Below are positions 1-8,900 of a DNA stretch of 64,000 bases, in pieces. The translations under genes were made by a program, and so were the position numbers. The stretch lies in assembly GCF_022539665.2 (NCBI RefSeq), contig NC_081331.1, forward strand, positions 6,634,001 to 6,698,000. Direction: 5' to 3'. The DNA comes from Daphnia carinata (lineage: Eukaryota). Numbering within the stretch: the first letter of the stretch is position 1; each line of letters opens with the position of its first letter. The notes beneath the pieces are model-generated. The model searched no databases, had not been told where the DNA came from, and saw nothing but the letters and a program-made list of their open reading frames with translations.

Positions 1-912
1 GGAAGGGTTGTAATAAGGATTGTCAAGGACTTCTTGTAACGTTGGACGTGCGCTCTCTTCAAACTTCAACATCGACTTTATAAGCTTTGCCAAGTCCTCG
101 TTCTGATCATTGAGAACGAACTTATGGTCTTCTTTGTAGACTGAATAAATTGAAGATCGCATGTGGACCCGGCGCTGAGTGTCATTGTCGCCGAATGGAT
201 GTCTGGGTGTTTTGTTGTCCGTTCGCGCGGTTAGGACGTAATGATAGAAACAGCCGAGAATGAAGACATCCAATTTTGTACTGAGATCTTTTGTCGTATC
301 CGTGCTTTCCGGTGCTTCCCAGTCTTCAACATACAAAATAAAAAAAAAAAGGTTTTCAAAGAAAGAATAAAAGAATAAACGCAGGTTGCTAATTCCTACA
401 CAAAGTCCTTATCTATTTCTTGAGAGTAATAGCGGATAAAATTTTCGTGGACTTCTAGTTCTTTCAATATTCGAAACTCCCGTTCAATTTCTTTCTTCTG
501 CTGTTGGTGTTTCTCAGACAGTTGGCTGGGGATCAGCATCGTCTTTACGATGGCTACTGGAACATCGTAGTTGTAGAACCCTTTCAAAATTTCTCTCTTT
601 TTCGGTGCTGAGGAGGGTTTTGGTTTTCCTCCTGGATTGCCGGTCAGGTGCAAATATTGATAAACGGCCGTTCCATCTTCGCTTTGAATGTAAGCTCGAA
701 AAAGCTTACCGTTACTTCCATCACATCCTGGCTTTCTTTCTACAAAGAGAAATAAATCTCAAACAAGTTTCTGAGTGATTAAACTAAAGTTCTTCTACGT
801 CAAATAAAATCACAGGAAAGTGAGACATACTGCCAATTGGAGTTCGCTCTTTAAGTAGAACGGGTAGCGACGCTTCGTGGTCCGATTCAACCGGTGTTTC
901 AACAGAAGACAT
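1..912 (-). pseudogene. Second, internally deleted copy of the IRE1-like pseudokinase(-caspase) gene; continues beyond the left edge
   Basis: Exons 912-831 (MSSVETPVESDH...), 739-400 (...GFYNYDVPVAIVKT...EIEREFRILKELEVHENFIRYY) and ~321-1 (WEAPESTDTTKDLSTKLDVFILGCFYHYVLT...HPFG...RPTLQEVLDNPYY) match the 2069-4318 gene. The intron-2 acceptor and ~320 bp of exon 3 (equivalent to ~3504-3822) are absent, and the nearest AG (GTTGAAG) gives a frameshift. Confidence 0.75.
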
Positions 913-1335
913 TCTGTGTTCTTCGAACATGTTCCGTTCGCTTTTTCTTCAAATGTACTACAGCAATATTCTGTGTACGTGACACAGTGTTTGATAAGTA
1001 GCCTGCTTCTGTTCAAGTCGTTCTTCAATTATTCGTTGTGTCCGTTAACTGAATGTCTTCTAATATCAGAGATATCTACGCACTTGTCGGAAATTTATCT
1101 GCAGTAAGTCGTCCGCTTTACGACAGTGTATTGCACAATACGTCATATCAGTTGTTAACAGATTAACTTTTTCACCCGTGGATATGAAATTTTAGCTGGC
1201 CTTTGCCTGTCCTATCAGTTAACAGCAACATTTACTAAGTAAATAGCCACACAATGGGATCTTAAGCTAGCGCATGTGTGGAATCTACTAATGCATGGAA
1301 CGAAAAGTCTATACAAGCTGGACAAAATTCTTACA
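913..1335. repeat. Duplicated upstream/promoter region, copy A
   Basis: Colinear high similarity with ~4319-4750 (shared strings such as cacagtgtttgataagta, gtgtattgcacaatacgt, atgtgtggaatctactaatgcatggaacgaaaag); defines a ~3.4 kb tandem duplication unit. Confidence 0.9.
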
Positions 1336-2068
1336 GTGTAAAAAAATAATAAAAAGTAATAAATAAAAAACTCTACCATTATCAGGCAAAGGCGGTATTA
1401 TGGTAGAAGATATGGCCGAGACGGCGGGCGTTCAAACGGACCGTATCTTAAAAAATTTATTTCGTTTTCCAAGCAGAAATTTGCGAGCTCAGCAAACCCG
1501 CACTAAGATCAAAGGTACGGTACATCACACATCCAGTTACGCAATACGAATAAAATCGAACACATAATAAACACTTACTGATAGTGCCACTAGGGAAACA
1601 AGATGATTTCATACACCATATATTCGTTGTTTCATAAACGCCGATGAAGTTTTTGGCTTCAAACAGTCTGATTTTCTAAGAAAATCATCTACGAGCAATA
1701 AATATATGGGACACCTAGAGTTCATTTTCATTGTTCAAGAACAATTTAGATCTCTCATCGATTATTATTGGATATTACATGCGAACGTATTGTTGCAAAC
1801 TAAGCACGTATAAAGCGAAATCCGATGTAGCGAATGAAAACGAATACGAGTAGGGTAGAAAAAATGCTATATTAAGCTTAAGACAAAAAACGGGACGATG
1901 CGGAAAAATGGCGACACGACAGGTAATCGGCAGAAAAGAATCTACGCGATTGACACGTCATGAATCATGCCGTTGTCTACGAAAAAGAACAAAAGACTTA
2001 AGACGAGAGAAACAATAGGCCAACAAATTAAAAGAAGGAAGGGAAATCAGGGCGTGCGCGAACCCCGT

Positions 2069-4318
2069 CTAAGTTGCAATGGCAACTCGGGAACACGTAT
2101 CTTTTTCGAAATTCAGTGACGTAAGGTCAATACCTTCGGTGCAACTATTGCGAAATCGAATGTTTTTACTTAGGCATGCTTCCCATTGCATAGTTTGCCA
2201 GCTATTCTTTGAATTTTTGTCGATTTCGTTCTGAACACATCTAAGCAACTCTTCAAGATGACGAGGTGACGTTCCCGTTTCCTCCTCCAAATATTCATTT
2301 GACAAAACCTTACACAGTGCTTGAATGAACTTGCTACCTTTCGTGCGACTTCGCTTTGCATTAAGACCAGGTAGAGTTGATTTGATTGTAATGAAATCCA
2401 TAAGTGGTGGAATTCTTTGAGCGCTGTCCTGAATTTTCATTTGTTGTAACTTTGCGTAAGCGCTGTTTACCAATTGAACTCTGGGTGGTGGTGATTGCAA
2501 TGTACCTAGATAGCAGGAATACAAAAGATCAAGTTATTCTGCATGAAAAGTATCGATGAACTGAGAAAGACGAGAAAATAAATTTCAAACCGGTTAAATA
2601 CAAGTTACCTGAAACGGAGGTTGATAGGGAACGACGAACAACTGTTTTTCTTTTCCGCGGTTCCGGGTTACTCTGACAAGACTGGACGATAAAGATTTTG
2701 GGTTTTCCATACAGACTGGGACAATTATTCGAAGAGAACTCGTATTTGAGCTTGGTTATGTTAACGAATTTGCTATCGTAACATAAGATTGCATTCTCAA
2801 TTCCATGAGACAAAAGACATACAACTAGGCAACCATAATTCTCGAAATTTTTTTTGTTGGCCAGTTCGTTGATTTCAGATTCTAATCCAACCGAATCTAG
2901 ATTTTCGTAAACTTTAAAGTCAAAACCAAGCTTTTTAAATGTATTCTTTAACGCTTCTTTGTCCTTGTCGCTCCCTTTACGGTTCTGGTGGAAAATAAAA
3001 TAAATTAATAACAAAATCTTGGAGAATTAGAAAAAACAAGTTGATTGATTGACAGGTAAGAACTTTCGTGGTACCTGTTTCGGATCCTCAAATTCTTGCT
3101 GGTTGACGATAACACAAAGACCGGGTTTAAGATCTTGATCGGCATCTTGATCAGCATATATCATGTAATCTTCGGAAGGTTTGAAATAAGCATCATCAAA
3201 AACATTTTGTAATGTTGGACGTTTGTCCTCGTCGAACTTCAACATCCACGTTATAAGCTTTTCCACCTTTTCCTTCTCCTTGATCTTTTTGGGAAGCGAC
3301 AGACGGCCATCCGTATATAATGAATAAGACGGATTTCGGATGTTTGTCGCACGCTCTTCTACAGTGCCGAATGGATGTCTGGGTTTTTCGTGGCTCGTCC
3401 ATGCGGTTAGGACATAATGATAGAAACAACCGAGAATGAAGACATCCAATTTTGTGCTGAGTTTTTTTGTCGTATCCGTGCTTTCCGGTGCTTCCCATCC
3501 TTCTGATGCAGCTGGTCCCGATAACGTCGAATCATTTTCAGGATTATATTTTCTCGACAAGCGAAAATCTGTTATTTTAACCACAAATCGGTAAGAGCTT
3601 CCGCCTGCTTTGTTAATCTCTTTAATAAGAAAGTTATTTGGTTTGATGTTGCGGTGGACAAATTGGTTATTGTGCAAGTAATTGAGTCCACTCGTTGCCT
3701 GTCGCAGGATTTCTTTCTCTGGTATTTTGAGAATATCTGTTTTCATGGGTATGTCCTTGCCGAGGGCTGGATCTAAAAGATCTGCCACAGAACACAGGCA
3801 TACTTCTGTTGCAAAATACCTGTGTGCAGAATAAAAAAAAGTTTTTAAAGCAAAGCAAAAAAATAAAATAATAAACGCAGGTTGCTAATTCCTACACAAA
3901 GTTCTCGTCTCTTTCGTGAGCGTAATAGCGGATAAAATTTTCGTGGCGTCGTAGTTCTTTCAATATTCGAAACTCCCGTTCAATTTCTTTCTTCTGCTGT
4001 TGTTCTTTTTCCTGCTGTTGGCTGGAAACCAGCAATGTCCTTACGATGGCTACTGGAACATCGTTGTTGTAAAACCCTTCAAAAACTAGTCTCTTATTAT
4101 GGGAGAAATATTGAGTAAGGTTCCCCTCATTTGTTTCAATGTAACCTTCAAAAAGTTTACCGTCCCCTAAAGAGAAAATTTCAAACAAGTTTTTTAATGA
4201 TTCAATGCCGTTTGGTTTCTTCCGCGTCCAACAAAATCACAGGAAAGTGAGACGTACTGATAATCGGAGTTTTCGCCTTATGTAGCTTCTTCGCATTGGG
4301 TGGCAACGGAGAAAACAT
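2069..4318 (-). CDS. IRE1-like pseudokinase fused to a caspase (peptidase C14A, p20+p10); 5 exons, 629 aa
   Basis: Exons 4318-4258, 4166-3896, 3819-3075, 2984-2609, 2505-2069; all introns GT-AG and in phase (total 1890 nt). IRE1-like kinase motifs: EREFRILKELRRHENFIRYY, LRQATSGLNYLH, VHRNIKPNNFLI, ITDFRLSRK, SEGWEAPE, DVFILGCFYHYVL, HPFG. Caspase motifs: GLCVIVNQ, NRKGSDKD, CLLSHG, KPKIFIVQSCQS, STLPG..RS..GSKFIQALC. Confidence 0.9.
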
Positions 4319-4750
4319 TGTTGTGTTCTTCGAACGTGATCCGTTCACCTTTTTTTTTCAGATGTACTAATGCACTATTCGGTGTACGTGGCACAGTGTT
4401 TGATAAGTAACGTGATTCTGTCCAAGTCGTTATTCAACCACTTCGTGGTGTCCGTTAACTGAACGCCTTCTCACATCAGAGATATCTACGCCTTTGCTTA
4501 GCACTTACCTGCAGTAAGTCGTTTGCTTTACGACGGTGTATTGCACAATACGTTATATCAGTTGTTATCAGATTAACTTTGTCACCCGCGGATATGAAAT
4601 TATAGCTGCCCGTTGTCTGTCTTACCGGTTAACAGCAATATTTACTAGATAAAAAAAAGCCACGCAATGGGATCTCGAGCCAGCGTATGTGTGGAATCTA
4701 CTAATGCATGGAACGAAAAGACTATACAAACTGGACAAACTTCTTGCAAT
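4319..4750. repeat. Duplicated upstream/promoter region, copy B
   Basis: Colinear similarity to 913-1335. Confidence 0.9.
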
Positions 4751-4858
4751 CTACCTGGACCGTGCAGCGTTCAAGTTGGAATGGAGTAGCATATCCTGAT
4801 TGCTACTAAGATGTCCAGCAAACAGCTGATGTTACTAATCATTTTATTTAAAAGTGCA

Positions 4859-4967
4859 TTCTCCAGGCGAGGCTCGAACTCGCGACCTCGGCATTTCTTC
4901 GTTCTATTATTCGCAATGAGTTACTGTCATATAAGTACCTTGCGCTAACCAACTGCGCCACTGGAGA
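4859..4967 (-). tRNA. tRNA-Ile (anticodon TAT) with a 35-nt intron (4895-4929)
   Basis: Reverse complement TCTCCAGTGGCGCAGTTGGTTAGCGCAAGGTACT-TAT-A[intron]ATGCCGAGGTCGCGAGTTCGAGCCTCGCCTGGAGAA; acceptor stem TCTCCAG/CTGGAGA, A and B boxes, intron at the canonical 37/38 position. Confidence 0.9.
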
Positions 4968-5997
4968 TGTTATGAAGCAATGATGCTTTCAGGTGTAAGA
5001 ATGAGATAAGATACGCGATAGACCGTTCCTAATGGATTGGGATGATAAGAATGAATTTTTGATGAAAGAACAATTTTTCTGCTTGATGGGTACTAGACAC
5101 TGTTGAAAACCTGAGAAGTTAAGTTACATACGGAAAATAGCATCATAAACGCGAAATGGCGGACGATGAATTGACGTGAGCAATGATTCCCGTTTTACCC
5201 TGTTTCAGGCTTCCTTGACGAGGCATTTATCAGTATTCCTCGAAAGATATTTTCTTTATTTCCTTGGTTTCAAACCGACCTTATAAAGTTTGTTAAACTC
5301 ATTAGAAAAGTGCAATGGGAAGGTACTACTAACCGAACTAGAATCGAATACATTGGCGACCTAAATTACCCGCAAGTAAGTAAGCAGTCAAAACCAGAGT
5401 TCAGAAACTACAAACGTATATATTTGGTTTGGTTTACACTGACAATACAATAAAATACTCTATCTAATACGAAAAACATGCAGTCATCCGTCATAGGATC
5501 TATACAAGCAAATGTCAATCTCGTCTTTCACGCCAAAGATTGACTAAAGTTTACACAAAAGATTGCCAATAGTTCAAGCCATCTTTTGAATTTTACGGGT
5601 TCCAACATACTTTGATTGCGTTTAGATCTACCTATTGATCGCAATCTCCAGCGAACACTCACAAGATCGAAAGAGGAAAAACGAAGGATATGTTTCGTAG
5701 AAAAAATCTCCTACAATGCTTTTTTTACGAACTTGTCAATTTCGCAGTTGCCCAGGATCACTGGTAGCCAATAGCAACCTATAATTCAGTTTATTTCTTT
5801 TTTTGATCTTTTTTTTCCCTTCTTCTTTTTTTTTAAGAAATAAAAAGTTGTCAATAACTCGGTAAATTTATACAAGGAAGACTCGAGTGGCTTATCTATG
5901 CTCTACTATAAATGACACAGTTTATAACGTTAAATGGAGACGCACTCAAATGTGCTGTTACAGCACACCCAAAAAGCCCCACGGCAAGAACAGCTTT

Positions 5998-8900
5998 TCA
6001 TTTCTTGGATCCATCTCGATGCAAATAGTGGAGGACGTAGTGGAGAACCAGATCATAGCAATATTTAAACTCGGTCTGTTGTTCAAGAATAATAGAAGAG
6101 GATCATCACGTCAGATCCATTTAAAACGAATGTTATTGTTCATTATTTTTTACCAAATTTTCAACCAGCTGAGGCCGGTGTCTTCTAACATTCTTGACCG
6201 CCTGGAAGACGTCCACTTCACCGTGTTGGATAACTTGTTCTATGCAAGCGTTGGCTGCAAAATAAACTCCAACGCGAGATGTTCCGTCCCTGTTTAATCA
6301 GGATGTTAGATTAGTACGTACGTGCGTCGGAATAATTGAAAACAAAATATCATGAATGCTTTACGAAGAAATGACGACAACAGGTCCGTAATCTGTTCGC
6401 TGCCTCCATCGTTCCACCATGTTCATTAATTCAACTAGTGCGTTGGTGGACGTGGGAACTTTATGTCCCTCTGGCCAGCACATGAGCTGGAATAATTGAC
6501 AGGTTTTTGGTGTGGCTTTAACGCCTGCCATTAACTCTGTCAGCGAAACAATCTGCATAGATTATGCGAAAATTTTAGAAAACATTGATTCACCATAATT
6601 TGTGGAATTTACAAGACATGTACGACAGCTATCAAATTTAACGTTCGAAGAAAAGCCACTACTAACTACAAGTATACAAGATGGAAGATAAGTAAGTTGA
6701 TATTGTTTAGATTTTCTAACGGAGCAGTATGACAAGCAAGCAAGCCAAAGAAAAGATGCATACCTTTCCGTTATGTCTATGATTCGCCTTTCGGGTCTCG
6801 TCAACAATTTCAGCTAATGTTCTTCGATGAGGAGCAATATCCTAATCAGGCAAAGGCTATCATGCTCATGCGACATGCCCCACAATGCCCTCATAACATC
6901 GTGCATTTTAACTTGTTGACATTTTACGTAATTCTAAACTGATTACAGTCAAGAAGAGAAAGGCCATATCATACCTTCTTGTTGATACGAAAGATCCAGC
7001 TTTTGATGTTTGGATAATGATTGTGGGAGACATGATCAACGGTGAAAACAGGGCCGTACTTGACGGAACGACGACCGTCAGGCCAAAATGCGGGGAAACT
7101 CTAAATGACAAAAGGATAGTCCATAAAGCGTCTGACAATGTGGACTGCAAAACAAAATGAATTGAGGGGGCGAACTCACCGAACTGGGAGGTGGGTTTGT
7201 TAGAACAACAACAGCGCTGCAATCGTAATCGTACACGAGAGACCAGAGATCGCCGAGTGTGTGTGGTAAGGGCCATTCAGTTACAATGTATTCACGAGGA
7301 CGAGTATATCCCTGTAGATAAAAGGAGAATATTGAAATTCGATAAAATCGATGCTTAATGTCACGCATTGGTGACGCTGATTACATACGTCAATAAAGAC
7401 AGCGTTGATGTAGTCGGTGAAGCTGTTGCCTTGGAAAGACGTTAAATAAGGCCGGAAGTTGTCGGCTGAAAATAAAAATATCAGTTTTTAATGATGGTTT
7501 TATTACATGAATTAATGTCATGTGTTTTACGTGGTATGATGAGGACGTCACGATTTTTATGGCGATTGTCTGATCTGTGTCCTCCAGCACAATCGCCAAT
7601 GGTGAAACGCGGAGTTAGTTTGCAGATTTGCTATTTGTTCAACAAAAATCACAATTATTTCATGCGAAAGGGAGATTGCTAATGCCAATTGAATCTTACA
7701 GCATATTCTCTCTGATATTCGTTCATTTTCGTGACTGGATATCGGATAGATTTCTGTTTGAGACGGGTTGTCAATTCGGAAACGGGAAACCAGGACCATC
7801 CGCACGTGATGCTCTCTTCCAACGTGTCATAGATGAACTTGAATTGCTCCTATAAAATTAGAACGCAATATGCAATCAAACAGATGAAAGGAGCTGGTTT
7901 GATTGTCAATCCCTTCCGCCAATCTTAGAAACGCAATGTACCAGTGTTTCCACAAGGCCGCGTCGAGCCTGGCGCAGTTTTTTCATGTAGCCGAAGATGT
8001 CAATAAGGCCGTCCTCTTCTACCAGTTCCATATTGGCGTCGATAGCCATGAATACGCCAGATCTGCCACCTCCATCGCTACGATAAAATCATAGGGGATC
8101 ATATAACAAAACATATTGCACAGCCAAAACTACGCAAAATACAAAAGGTACACATCAACGTGAAAAGAAAGAAAGCTTCAAATTACTTGCAATGAACGAC
8201 CATGGGCCCAGTGCTGTGGGTAATGGAAGTGCTGAGTAGTGCAGCCCGCACTCGACGTCGGAATTCCACAATGTTGTTGGAATACGGCTGCATACGTTTA
8301 TTGACAGAATGGAATTTTAAAACGAAAGACTGCTTTATAGGATGCGGGTCGAATAGAAGGCTATAAATAGTTACACAAGTGTGAGAATGCCATTCCGTGT
8401 AGTGAAACTGGAGCAACGTCCTCTCTTCTTTCCCTTTCTTCACGCACGGCGGACGAAACAAAATTAATAAAAAGAAAAACATAAAAAAAATTGCATGACT
8501 GCAAATATGAAATTGTTTGTGAAAGAAAAACTCACGGGCCCTTCTTTCGTGATTTTGAAATTGCGAATGACGAAATTGGCCAACTGCTCCTCGTGATTGT
8601 AACTAACAGTGATGCCGTCGTAGACCTCCTCTTTCCCCTTGGATGCCGGCCAATATTGAACACACATGACCTAGATAGATAAAAGAGCATTTGGAACGAA
8701 TGTGATGCACTGTAAGCAACGGATATAGCGGCTTTTATGTGTGTGCGCGCTCGACTGAAATCAACATACTTTGATAAAATCGAAAGTCTTGGTGAGCATG
8801 ACGATGCAGCTGGCGTGAACTTGCCAGACGAGGCGCCAAAAATCGGAAACGGTCCTCTCGTTCGGTCCCTGAGTCACCACGTAGGCATTTGGTTTGAGGA

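Noticed and set aside
810..1028. 72-aa ORF as first exon of the left paralog
   Set aside because: Wrong phase at the donor (831); the other frame (ATG 912) joins exon 2 and matches the paralog's structure.
1372..1408. Short inverted repeat tctaccat...atggtaga near the duplication boundary
   Set aside because: Only ~8 bp, with no transposon termini, target-site duplication or transposase nearby.
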